Assembly (NCBI GenBank): GCA_963667035.1
Contig: OY762964.1
Location: 352,001-416,000 of the forward strand
DNA: 64,000 nt
From: Candidatus Cloacimonadales bacterium
Lineage (GTDB): Bacteria > Cloacimonadota > Cloacimonadia > Cloacimonadales > JAFGVF01
Direction of reading: 5' to 3'
Of the stretch, positions 33,902 through 43,809 are shown in pieces; the stretch's first letter is position 1; each line of letters starts with the position of its first letter. Under the pieces are notes generated by a model. It was not told where the DNA came from and did no database searches. It saw only the letters and a list, made by a program, of their open reading frames with translations. Position numbers and translations under genes: made by a program.

Positions 33902-36465
33902 AAGAATCTATAAGCTTTAAACTTAACACCAAGCAATAGAGAATTTTTAAATGATCTGACCATCTTCTCAATCCATACTTCATAGGTATATGATTGATTT
34001 TTAACGCTAATCTCTCTCTTCATAGTTGACTCAAATGCTCTGATAAAAGTTCTGAAACCTACAGAGTCAAGTTTCAAATATGACGAACCATCTATACTAT
34101 AAAAATTACTCTTAGTTATCTGCTTCTTGTGAATCAATGAAAGAACTATTCTATCAATAAGAAAGCGGAAGCATTCCATTAAGTCAGAAGCCAGTGCTTC
34201 ATGCGTTCCTCTTCCCATGTGAAAGATTCCGTTAAAAGAGTTGATTCCGTTTGCAATTAGTGACTCAGAGAAACGCCTATAGAGTAGTGAATATCCAAGT
34301 GATAAAAGAACATTGACCGGACCAATTGGAGGATGGTAGGATCTTGATTCAAATGGCATGGGAGCTATTAAATCTCTAAAATGCTTGAAGTATGTCTTAG
34401 CGGCATAACCTTCCATACCTCGGATTGATTCTATTGAGTTAGACTGTTGAATCTTATTTAGCATGGAGCCTAGTTGCTTCTCATTAATCTTTAATCTTTT
34501 AAGTAGTCGATACTGGTTTACAATCTTTGTATAGGCAATTTCTCTAACAAAATCAAGTTTGAAATTTGAATAGTCATAAGAGTTACTAGCATTGAATAAC
34601 TCAGCGGTATTCGATATCTTGTTATGAGTTAGATATCCCCCCAAGGGTCTTCCATGAATAGAAAGAAAGTAGATAGGTATCTGCTCTCTTATAGCTCTGT
34701 AGATAATTCCTCCGCTTATGCGAGGTTTACCAAAGATAAGGATTCTGCTTATCTCCTTCCATGTATATTTTGTTGTAGATTCTTTTGATTCAACGAATAT
34801 ATAATTTCCCCTTGTGCTTGCATACTTAATCGAAAATGACAAATATAGCGGTTTGGAATTGCAGTTTGTCAGTTTAGAAAAATCAGACCAATCGGTATTT
34901 TCAATCGGTTTTCTCTCAGGAATGAAGATGGATGATTCAGAGATTCTGTAGCCTAGGAAGCTTAATTGTGATGCTTGGGTAAACTCCAAATACTTATCCT
35001 CGTTTATCTTCAATCCTAAGTGTGTTAGCATTTGCTTTATCTGATTCAATATTTCTTCTTTATTATCGGTTTTACCTACAATAACCATATCGTCAGCATA
35101 TCTGATAAGTTTTAAATCTTTCCTGTTTCTAAACCAACGGTCAAATGCTAGCATTGCAAAGTTAGATAGAAGAGGTGAAAGTGTATTACCTTGAATAAGT
35201 TTCTTGGAGAAATACTTAGCTATAAGTTCTATCTCTTCCTGAGCAACAGATTGTGCTTTAAGCATAAGAATAATTTTAGAGATTGATATAGAATCAAAAA
35301 ATGCACTTACATCAAGCTTCAGGCCCCATTTAAAACCTATATCAAACTCTTTTTTTACTGCAGAGGCAGCTAAATGATGAGAGTATCCCTTTCTATAAGC
35401 GAAGCAACTATATGTTAACAACCTTTGGAGTCTCTTGTCAAAGATGTCTGTGAGAATTGAAAGAACCAGTTTATCTATAATCCTATAAGAGGCAATGTTT
35501 CTATAGTTCCCGTTCTTCTTTTTTGCTCTGAACATATCCGGAGGTGAAGGATTGTAATCCGACATTACTATCTGATTGGATAGCTTTCTTAAATAATCGG
35601 GATGCTCTAAGAGTTCTGCACCTGTCATATCATTCCCGGACTCATTGCTTTCTACAAGCTCTTGCAATTTTGAGTGGAGATTGGAAAATGAGAATTTTGA
35701 GTGATGAAGAGTATTCATATCATATATCGGGTTAGGTAATTCTTCAACATAATAGAATCCGAACCCAAAAGTTCTATTCTTTCCAAGACCGGTAAATTGC
35801 CCCCAATGAAACAGTTTCAGTAACTCTTGAGAAAATGTTCCTCTTAGTACTATCCCTCCAATAATCCCACCAATTGTTTTTTTATACTCAATATCTAACC
35901 AGATGAAGGAGCTATTGCTCATACAGATTCCTGAAGTATCGGGAACAGAAAGTTCAAGAGCATTACTTAAGTGCTGTATGAATTCAGCTAAATCAAAGTG
36001 AAAAGGGTGAAAGAATCTTCCTTCTGATTTATCCATTCGTTTTAAACGTAGAGGAGCTTGAAAGATAAGTGTTATCTTCTTCAAGTTCTGAGTAGTAAGA
36101 TTTGAGTCTGCATGGGGTTGAAATTCAAAATAGTTCCAGTTCTCTAATACAATAGTTTCATTTAATACAAAATGATTGCCTCTAGTGATATAGTTCTTCT
36201 CATTAGTTTCAAACCATTTCAATAGTACTAATCTTCCTTCATTATTTGTTGCTATGTTGACCGGGACAATATCATTTTTCTTCAAAGTATCAGGAGATGG
36301 ATATGGAATAATGTTTATTTCCAGTTCTTTTGCAGAATTATCAGAGACTTTTCTAAGCTCGTTTCTAAATAAAGCACTCCAATGTATACCTGTATATATT
36401 GGCAAGTTAGTTATATCATTAATAACTTTGAATTGAATGTTGAACCAGTAACGATAGTACTTCAT
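33898..36465 (-). CDS. cas1: Cas6-reverse transcriptase-Cas1 triple fusion
   Basis: N-terminal Cas6 with G-loop 'GLGKNRTFGFG'; RT 'LDVSAFFDSI', 'QGNTLSPLLSN', 'RYADD'; Cas1 'RGMEGYAAKTYF', 'NVLLSLGY', 'GIFH', 'LASDLMECFR'. Confidence 0.95.
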   Translation of the reverse strand: MKYYRYWFNIQFKVINDITNLPIYTGIHWSALFRNELRKVSDNSAKELEINIIPYPSPDTLKKNDIVPVNIATNNEGRLVLLKWFETNEKNYITRGNHFVLNETIVLENWNYFEFQPHADSNLTTQNLKKITLIFQAPLRLKRMDKSEGRFFHPFHFDLAEFIQHLSNALELSVPDTSGICMSNSSFIWLDIEYKKTIGGIIGGIVLRGTFSQELLKLFHWGQFTGLGKNRTFGFGFYYVEELPNPIYDMNTLHHSKFSFSNLHSKLQELVESNESGNDMTGAELLEHPDYLRKLSNQIVMSDYNPSPPDMFRAKKKNGNYRNIASYRIIDKLVLSILTDIFDKRLQRLLTYSCFAYRKGYSHHLAASAVKKEFDIGFKWGLKLDVSAFFDSISISKIILMLKAQSVAQEEIELIAKYFSKKLIQGNTLSPLLSNFAMLAFDRWFRNRKDLKLIRYADDMVIVGKTDNKEEILNQIKQMLTHLGLKINEDKYLEFTQASQLSFLGYRISESSIFIPERKPIENTDWSDFSKLTNCNSKPLYLSFSIKYASTRGNYIFVESKESTTKYTWKEISRILIFGKPRISGGIIYRAIREQIPIYFLSIHGRPLGGYLTHNKISNTAELFNASNSYDYSNFKLDFVREIAYTKIVNQYRLLKRLKINEKQLGSMLNKIQQSNSIESIRGMEGYAAKTYFKHFRDLIAPMPFESRSYHPPIGPVNVLLSLGYSLLYRRFSESLIANGINSFNGIFHMGRGTHEALASDLMECFRFLIDRIVLSLIHKKQITKSNFYSIDGSSYLKLDSVGFRTFIRAFESTMKREISVKNQSYTYEVWIEKMVRSFKNSLLLGVKFKAYRFL

Positions 36466-38045
36466 TGCTTGGGAAATGGTGACAACTTCAATATTCTATC
36501 AATTAGTACTTCTTTAAGTATTGGTAGCCAATTGATAAAAGTAATATGCTTCATGCTTTCTATTTCGGAGATAATCAGTTTAATTGTTGAACTTTGTTCT
36601 TCTATCTTGTTAGTACCGTGATTCAAATTAATGCCTAGACATTCTTCTATAGTTCCTAAGTTTATTGGCTTTCCTTGATGAATAAAATCATTACGTTCTA
36701 ATGAAAGTCTTTTAATCTTATCCATAATGGACATTATTGAATCAAAATTTACGCCTTCTTTTATCCCTTGGCTAATAATCATGTTATAACTTATCCAATT
36801 GGTTTTATAATAAGTTTGTTCATCTGCAGTTTTCCTATCATTAGTAACTGTCACTTTTAAAAAATAAGGTAGCTCTACTTTAAAGGGGATATGTCTCAAG
36901 TCGAAGAAGAACTTCTTAGGTTTATTTCTATCAGCCTGTATAAAAACAACGGATTTAGAACCAATAGTTTTAATCTTATCCATTATCAGTAACTCACCTG
37001 TAGAAATAAGGGTAGTACTCATACCCCACCAATTTCCTTTTCTTGATTCCTGAATTGATCTCAACAAGTTACAACCGACAGCATTTTTAGAATCAAGCAT
37101 CTCATTCATTGTTATCAATCGTGTAATCAGATTACTATTCTTATGTTCTTTCTTGTAAACATCGATTAATTTCTCTGTTTCCTTTTTATCTCTATACAAC
37201 CATGATACCGCAATCTCCAGTAATCTGAAAGCATGAATGTCAAGTCTCTTCAGTTTAAGCTCATTAGCAATACTAATAGCACCTAAGAAGTCATAATCTT
37301 TAACTCTTTGTAACAGTGCAAATTTAAGGGTATATTTATTTTGAATATCCTTTTTCCGGCTGATTCTTATCCTACCCTTAGATTGTTCCATTAAACAATT
37401 TCTGTTTGGGAAGTAAGCATTGATAGCAGTATCTAGAGCATTAGAGATTCTTGGCATTCCTCCGGAACTGAAGACTTGAACAGATGAGATATTTCCATTA
37501 TCTTGCTTCAAAATATCCTGCATGAAAGAGTCTATTTGTCTATATGCAAATTCGTCTGTTATATCTGCATTTCTTGCATTACAATCTTTACAAAGATTAA
37601 TAACACTTATATCATTTATATACTTTTCATAATGATTCATCATCTCATCTATAAATGATTTGATAATGCTTGAGTATAAATATGGTTCTTTTTCTAGAAA
37701 CCCTTTTAGATGAATAGATAGATTCTCTTTACTTATATGACTTCTATCAGTAGTTAGCAAAACAAGCTTGTATTCTTCTTCATTACTAAGAGATTGCAAC
37801 ATAGCTTCTGTCAAAGGGAATGTAAGACACTTATCACTTTCTATAAAGTCCTTAAGTGTTTGTTCTTGTTCTCCTTCTTTTCCAAACATAGGATTCCAGT
37901 TTAGCTCTTTCTTTTTTAATGCACATGATAGCTCACTTTGAACTTCATTAAGTGAAGTTTTATTAAAGCTGTCATAGTTATAATTTCTTCCGGATACATA
38001 TAATTGAACATCTCTCTGTCCTATGGTTTGTATCAACAGAATCAT
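36462..38045 (-). CDS. Type III accessory effector, CARF-like N-terminus with HEPN-like C-terminus (Csx1/Csm6-like)
   Basis: Rossmann-like start 'LLIQTIGQRD', 'VFSSGGMP', C-terminal RxxxxH 'RNDFIH'; lies within the cas operon. Confidence 0.7.
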   Translation of the reverse strand: MILLIQTIGQRDVQLYVSGRNYNYDSFNKTSLNEVQSELSCALKKKELNWNPMFGKEGEQEQTLKDFIESDKCLTFPLTEAMLQSLSNEEEYKLVLLTTDRSHISKENLSIHLKGFLEKEPYLYSSIIKSFIDEMMNHYEKYINDISVINLCKDCNARNADITDEFAYRQIDSFMQDILKQDNGNISSVQVFSSGGMPRISNALDTAINAYFPNRNCLMEQSKGRIRISRKKDIQNKYTLKFALLQRVKDYDFLGAISIANELKLKRLDIHAFRLLEIAVSWLYRDKKETEKLIDVYKKEHKNSNLITRLITMNEMLDSKNAVGCNLLRSIQESRKGNWWGMSTTLISTGELLIMDKIKTIGSKSVVFIQADRNKPKKFFFDLRHIPFKVELPYFLKVTVTNDRKTADEQTYYKTNWISYNMIISQGIKEGVNFDSIMSIMDKIKRLSLERNDFIHQGKPINLGTIEECLGINLNHGTNKIEEQSSTIKLIISEIESMKHITFINWLPILKEVLIDRILKLSPFPKQ

Positions 38046-38121
38046 ATATATTTCCTCAATTAAAGTTTAACTATGATTAACGAGTCCATTTAAGAAGCTA
38101 TTATGACTATTTGAGATTGTT

Positions 38122-40026
38122 TTATTCACAATACTCTTGCCTTCTTAACTTAGCATAATCCCCACGAATTTTTGCATGCCAACTCATTATTTGCCCATTC
38201 TCTTTTGGATAAGAACCTGTTTGAGATACAATTTTGAAATATTTCCCTATTGACTCTATAAAAGTTTGTTGCATTTTTTTATAATTAATTCTTAAGTCTT
38301 CGTTGAAACTTTTATAGTCTTCATTATTGATAAAACCATTATCAACAAAGAATTTTACTGTACCTAAACCTTTGTTTTTAGCATAACCTATCTGATGAGC
38401 ATATTTAGCTTCCTCAAATTTTTCTTCTCCATCAAGCTCTAGTGCAAGTTTAAGTAGTAAGTATTCATTTATAGTTAGGTTATTAAAGTTTACTCTAAAC
38501 TTGAAATGTATCGGTTTGTTGGGAGAGGCTTCTATAGCCTCATGCATTATCACACTATAATCTATCGGATTGCTTAGTGAAGGAGCAGGGTTTGTAGTTC
38601 TCTTGAACACTTTTCTTCCGGAGAGTCTTGTACATCCATTTCTGTTTAACGGTTCACCATAAGTAACAACTTTATTTCTATTGTTTTGTTGAAGATAAAA
38701 TTCATAAGATGATGGTTTCGGAGAACCTGTTCTAGGTAGAATAATATCTGTGGTTTTTAGATCCTGATCACAAATAGCGAAGTTAAAATGAACTTTACCG
38801 GACTTACTGTTATTATCAACCGAGTAACCAAACATTTCATCTACAATTGATTTCCCATCATCTACTTTGATATCATCAGGGAAATCTTGGGAGTTTATTT
38901 CTTTGTCAAATGCCCATGGATAGTAGAATGTTTTACCAAAAGTCTTTACATGTATAAGAGTTTTTTCAATAAACTCCTCTGAGTTTTCCCTAAGAACTCG
39001 TTTACTGCTCTCTGTATACTCGTAGAAGATTACGTCTCCTTGTTTTAGCTTAATCATAGCATCCCAGTTCTTTTTTATTTCTTTCTCATGTACATTAACA
39101 TCAAGAGGATGATCCTCTAGATGATATTTTTTAAGAGTTAAGAATGTGCTCTCGTACCCATTTTTAGTTTCTTTGTTTATCGAATGTTGGTTACCCGTTA
39201 TTCTGAAGTATTGTTTTGGAATATAGATACAGTCATGGTTCCCTGTATGTATATTACCGTTAAATAATCTTGCAAAGGTTCCATTACCATCTAGACCATT
39301 TGAATACTTGAGACAGTAAAGAGTAGTTTCTTGAGCATTGTCATCATAGTTACGTATTCTCCAACGTCCTTGTTGATTATGAAGCCTATGATTGTAAGGA
39401 TTCAAGTTAAGTCTATTATTATGTATCGTAGTGTAATTCTCATAGTCTTGCTTAGTAGAGTATATGACAGGGACATCCTTCAATGAACCAAAATGCGAAA
39501 AAGTAAGAGAATTATCATGTGTGAATAGTACTATCCCTATTCCCATTTTAACAGAATCTGATGGACGAAAATTCAAGTTAGGTCTCATGATAAATCCTTT
39601 ACTGTTAACTCTTCTCATTTTCGTGTTAGTATATGAAGCAATAAATGAGCTGATGCAACCTTTAAGGGTGTAAGGAGAAATGAGTATTCTATCGTTAACT
39701 TTGAGGGGATATATGTGTGTTGAATTACTCTCCCCATCAGAATGTTCATTTCCGACTAATAATTGGTTCAAAGCATACATTGAACAGTTTAGATAACCGG
39801 TATATAGTTTATTTCCATCCATCTCTGTTGTATTAAACTTAGCTTGTTTGATATCTTCGTGGTTCTGATTATTCTTAATCGGAATAAATGTATATGGTAA
39901 TCTGTCTCTATTGAATCTAATTCTGTTTTCCAGCTCAGTAGGATTAACATCAGTTGTATTGTTATGATTACGGTTTCCACGGTTGTAGTTTTGGTCATGG
40001 TTATGATGTTCACTTCTGTTGTTCAT
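38122..40026 (-). CDS. cas7: Type III-D Cas7 with large insertion (TIGR03986-like RAMP)
   Basis: 'PYTFIP', 'ISPYTLKG', 'SPKPSSYEFY', 'GRKVF', G-loop 'IGYAKNKGLG'. Confidence 0.88.
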   Translation of the reverse strand: MNNRSEHHNHDQNYNRGNRNHNNTTDVNPTELENRIRFNRDRLPYTFIPIKNNQNHEDIKQAKFNTTEMDGNKLYTGYLNCSMYALNQLLVGNEHSDGESNSTHIYPLKVNDRILISPYTLKGCISSFIASYTNTKMRRVNSKGFIMRPNLNFRPSDSVKMGIGIVLFTHDNSLTFSHFGSLKDVPVIYSTKQDYENYTTIHNNRLNLNPYNHRLHNQQGRWRIRNYDDNAQETTLYCLKYSNGLDGNGTFARLFNGNIHTGNHDCIYIPKQYFRITGNQHSINKETKNGYESTFLTLKKYHLEDHPLDVNVHEKEIKKNWDAMIKLKQGDVIFYEYTESSKRVLRENSEEFIEKTLIHVKTFGKTFYYPWAFDKEINSQDFPDDIKVDDGKSIVDEMFGYSVDNNSKSGKVHFNFAICDQDLKTTDIILPRTGSPKPSSYEFYLQQNNRNKVVTYGEPLNRNGCTRLSGRKVFKRTTNPAPSLSNPIDYSVIMHEAIEASPNKPIHFKFRVNFNNLTINEYLLLKLALELDGEEKFEEAKYAHQIGYAKNKGLGTVKFFVDNGFINNEDYKSFNEDLRINYKKMQQTFIESIGKYFKIVSQTGSYPKENGQIMSWHAKIRGDYAKLRRQEYCE

Positions 40027-40516
40027 GGTACAACCTCCATTCGTCTTTATCTCTTAATACTAATATGTCATTCGAATCCAAATTTTCAGGAATAGCTCCA
40101 ATGTCTTGAGCAAAAGAGAATCGATAATTTCTGTTTGCAGATTTTGAATCCAAAACTTTACTCTTCCCTTCTTTCTTTGAATGTAGTATTTCAAATTCAA
40201 ATTTTTCTGCTTTATCCCTGCTTATTTCAGATAGATGATAAACATAGTCTTTGCAAGAGCTATCTGTTGCAATAAATAGGAATTGTACATCATTGTTAAA
40301 AAATACTAATCTGATACAATCAGAGTAGCTTTCAAATGAATCATAATTGATTTCTTTATGTAGAAATATACCTGTATTGCCTTTCTTAGCTTTTCCCTTC
40401 TCTTTCTCAAGGACTATGTTAGCAAGACATATTGTCCATCTTCTTTCTCCTACAACCCAAAGGTTTCGGTACTTGTTCACTAGATCCTTTATCTCTTCAA
40501 ATCTAACGATATTCAT
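40010..40516 (-). CDS. csx19: Csx19-like type III-D subunit
   Basis: Small ORF between Cas7-Cas7 and Cas7-insertion, 'IRLVFFN' motif; GAGGAGG RBS before ATG 40516; assignment largely positional. Confidence 0.6.
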   Translation of the reverse strand: MNIVRFEEIKDLVNKYRNLWVVGERRWTICLANIVLEKEKGKAKKGNTGIFLHKEINYDSFESYSDCIRLVFFNNDVQFLFIATDSSCKDYVYHLSEISRDKAEKFEFEILHSKKEGKSKVLDSKSANRNYRFSFAQDIGAIPENLDSNDILVLRDKDEWRLYHEQQK

Positions 40517-41726
40517 TGTCACCCTCCTCAATGCTGATATTTGGATAACAGCCATTTGCCCCTAGTGATATAAGTCTTTTATTACAACCTTCACTAATGA
40601 AATTCATTAGATCTCTAGCATCTATATCACACGGAATTCTTATCAAACCCATAGCATTAGCATGAAACAGTCGTTCTTCATTAAATTTCCCACTCCCATA
40701 AACAGCTCTGGTAAATTCATCTTCCGCATGACGTTCAATATTGATTAAGTGCTTTCTTATATCATCGTGATTTACGTTTACCATTAAATCGGGAAAGTAG
40801 ACATTCCCATGATTTGCTCCATCTTGCCCAAAGAATTCTTTCAACCATTTACTATATCCATACTTCTCCAAGTACATTGAGAATGTACCTTTTAAAGATG
40901 AACCCGGTATGTAGAGGTGTTTTCCTGTATTAACAAAAATCCCGGTAGAAGGATTATCAGCGAGACTACTATGACTAACACCACCCTTTATTAGAAGGGC
41001 ATTGGTTCCATATCCATCTTCTTCATCATCTACTGATACAACTATTTCCCAAGTATTATAACGTTTTTTTGCTTGATGATTCAGAGGTACATCAATTGAT
41101 TCTAAAGGATTTCCATCCAGATAATCACGATAGTTTTCTTTGGATATGCAAGTTTTTGTAGCTTTCTCTAATCTGCAAAAACCGTTACCGGATGTACTAT
41201 GACCTCCAAAGAAAGCTCCTTCCTTTTCCCAAGAAGTTAATACTGTTTCTACCCATCTAGTAAATGACTCAATACTCTGTTTCTTGTTCTTGAGAGAAAG
41301 ATTGTCGATTGTTATCGAGATATCGAAATCTACATTTTCAGGTTCTATTTCCCAATAGCTGAAAAGTTGTTTTTGCTCAGCCGTTTTTGTCTCTCTATTA
41401 ATTTTAACTCGATTTCTTATCATAGCGTTCGAATTGTATTGCATTAAGGATACAGTTCTAAAGATTAATGGTGATGCGTATTCTTCTTCATCTTCGGATT
41501 TAAAAAGCTTATTCCAAAGTGTTGTTTCATCTTTCGTAGGAGTAACGACATTCTTAAGAGTATCAAAGAAAACACCTGAGATAGAAGTTCCCGGTATAAC
41601 TAATTCCCCCAAACCATTCCTTATGATTTCGAAGGCACCAATAGGAGATTTCTGCCCACAACCTATATGAAGAGCAGATTTTAACTTAATCTTTGCATTA
41701 TAAATAATTTTAATCGGATTACACAT
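40503..41726 (-). CDS. cas7: Cas7-Cas7 tandem RAMP fusion
   Basis: Two RAMP units: 'LHIGCG..IPGTSISG..FGGHSTSGNG' and 'LLIKGG..YIPGSSLKG..FFG'; start at ATG 41726. Confidence 0.88.
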   Translation of the reverse strand: MCNPIKIIYNAKIKLKSALHIGCGQKSPIGAFEIIRNGLGELVIPGTSISGVFFDTLKNVVTPTKDETTLWNKLFKSEDEEEYASPLIFRTVSLMQYNSNAMIRNRVKINRETKTAEQKQLFSYWEIEPENVDFDISITIDNLSLKNKKQSIESFTRWVETVLTSWEKEGAFFGGHSTSGNGFCRLEKATKTCISKENYRDYLDGNPLESIDVPLNHQAKKRYNTWEIVVSVDDEEDGYGTNALLIKGGVSHSSLADNPSTGIFVNTGKHLYIPGSSLKGTFSMYLEKYGYSKWLKEFFGQDGANHGNVYFPDLMVNVNHDDIRKHLINIERHAEDEFTRAVYGSGKFNEERLFHANAMGLIRIPCDIDARDLMNFISEGCNKRLISLGANGCYPNISIEEGDNEYR

Positions 41727-43809
41727 TCTGCCCCCTTTTGCTCTCAATTCTCTTTTTTATTCCTAAGAATAAGAGCCTAATTAATTCATACTTATCATTT
41801 CTCTCGTTAAACTCTGAAGCATTAAATAGCTTTTCAAACTTCTCCCATTTTTCTTTATTCAATGTTGTTTTACCATGTGCTATCTCTTCCAAGATTTTTT
41901 CTGAGTCATATTTTGAATCCATGTATGAGATAATTTTACTACAGAAAGTAACTGAGCTCTCATCGGATTTATACTCTGAGAGACCTTTATTACTATTCTT
42001 AAGTTTTTCAATGAATTGAAACTGCTCATTAATTCGGTTTAGCTTTTTTATTTGGTGTATAGCAATTTTAGGGTCACTCTTTACTGTTGCATTAAACTCA
42101 GGAGTAGTAAAATTGAAATCATGGACAGGCAGGTTAACTATAAACTTACCAAATCCCTCATTTGTATTGAATCCTAAACCTTTACTTCCCAAGCTAACTA
42201 AATTCGTTATGTTTATGTTATCAGATTTCGACTCAAATAAAAAACATGAGCCTTTTTTTATCACTTTTTCTGAGAATCTTCGTAAACCTGATGTTCCAGA
42301 GAAACTCTGATGGAGTTCAGTTTCAACTTTGCTATCGATCAATTCGTATGAGTCAGGTAATCCAAAGTCTTCAGCTTTCAGCATGGTTTTGGGGTTTAGT
42401 TTATCATCATACAAGATAACATCAGATGTGAGGGTGATGGTTATCCTATCTGTTGACTTAGGAGGTTGAATGCTATCTTCTGAAACAGAGGTTATTTCAA
42501 CTATTTTTACAGGTTGAGCTCCACGTCCCACATGTAAGTTATATGTACCATTCAACCAATCATGATAGATTACTTTAAACATCTTTGCGTCTTCTATTGA
42601 ATTAAAAGAGATGTTCCCAATAAATCTTGTTCCCTTATATATCATTTCCTGAGTGAAAACAGCATTTTTCTCTGTAGTTTGAGTCGATTCCGTAATCCTG
42701 TTTCTTAGAACTAGTTCTATTTTAGGAGAATATACTTTAGCGTTTTCAGGACACATCTTTTTATCAACAAAAACTATATACTCATCACTGAAGCTTTTAT
42801 CACTTTGAGAGTTCATACTTTTATACGTTAGGGTATTGCGAGTTACGAGATTAGGAAATGCTTTTTTATCCATTGTCGTAGGAGTAATGTTCAATAACCA
42901 ATGAGGTATCTCATATTCATAACAGTCTTTTTTCCTTTTATTCAGGTAGTAATTTTTATATGAGTTGGTACTCTTACGTTTACGTAATGATAATGGAATC
43001 GGTATAACCTCGTGTTTCGCACTGGATTCTTTAGGTATAGGATAAAAGTTTGTTATTCTTATATTATCGTGGTCTATGATACTTGATTCGGATCCAAGTT
43101 TAAGAAGTACATTTCTAAACATACCTAAGGCAGTTGTTCCTTTTATATAGTTTAGAGTATGGATGATGTTTCCTGTTTGCCCTGCACCTGCGATACAGGT
43201 ATTATTCAGTAATTCAAGAATAATTCTGTAATCCTTTATATTCGTTACACCATCAAGAGATTTTACATCCTTGTCTTTATTGGGTATAATGGTTGTCTTA
43301 ATTGCACCAAAACCTCTTCGCCTTAATCCTCCAAATAGCTTTAGATTTTTGATCCCGAGTTTTAGTAAACCTTCAATTTCTTTTTCATTATTACCGAGAG
43401 TTTGGAATTCCAGGCTACAATCAAAGATTGCCCCTTTAGAACCAAATTCAATATCCCTCAAAGCACCTTTATCTTCGTCTTCGATAATGTCATCAACTTT
43501 AGTGAAAGTATGAATAACGAATGGGTTTAGGGCTGTTTCATCTTGATTATAGTTAACAGAGACATCCAAAGAACCAAGATTACCATATTTAAAGATAGAA
43601 TTGTATGATTCCCTATATTCAGTAAGAACATTTTTTACTTCTCGACAAGATTGTCTTAACAAACCTTTCAATGTCTCAGTATTCAGAGCAGGATTCCCTT
43701 CATCATCTTTCATCTGACCATCACTATATAAACCAACACAATCCATACCTGTACCTATATGAAAATCCTCAAGAGTTTCTATTTTAAAATTAATCCTAAT
43801 GAGTTTCAT
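41719..43809 (-). CDS. Cas7-Cas5(Csx10)-Cas11 fusion
   Basis: Cas7 'FHIGTG..TLKGLLR..FGGLRRRGFG'; Cas5 'YIKGTTALG..VGRG..KGSCF..GLGFNTNEGFG'; helical C-terminal tail (putative Cas11). Confidence 0.82.
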   Translation of the reverse strand: MKLIRINFKIETLEDFHIGTGMDCVGLYSDGQMKDDEGNPALNTETLKGLLRQSCREVKNVLTEYRESYNSIFKYGNLGSLDVSVNYNQDETALNPFVIHTFTKVDDIIEDEDKGALRDIEFGSKGAIFDCSLEFQTLGNNEKEIEGLLKLGIKNLKLFGGLRRRGFGAIKTTIIPNKDKDVKSLDGVTNIKDYRIILELLNNTCIAGAGQTGNIIHTLNYIKGTTALGMFRNVLLKLGSESSIIDHDNIRITNFYPIPKESSAKHEVIPIPLSLRKRKSTNSYKNYYLNKRKKDCYEYEIPHWLLNITPTTMDKKAFPNLVTRNTLTYKSMNSQSDKSFSDEYIVFVDKKMCPENAKVYSPKIELVLRNRITESTQTTEKNAVFTQEMIYKGTRFIGNISFNSIEDAKMFKVIYHDWLNGTYNLHVGRGAQPVKIVEITSVSEDSIQPPKSTDRITITLTSDVILYDDKLNPKTMLKAEDFGLPDSYELIDSKVETELHQSFSGTSGLRRFSEKVIKKGSCFLFESKSDNINITNLVSLGSKGLGFNTNEGFGKFIVNLPVHDFNFTTPEFNATVKSDPKIAIHQIKKLNRINEQFQFIEKLKNSNKGLSEYKSDESSVTFCSKIISYMDSKYDSEKILEEIAHGKTTLNKEKWEKFEKLFNASEFNERNDKYELIRLLFLGIKKRIESKRGQNV

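Noticed and set aside
33898..36465. RT as a group II intron, retron or DGR
   Set aside because: The RT is fused in frame between Cas6 and Cas1; no maturase, msr/msd or TR/VR pair was seen.
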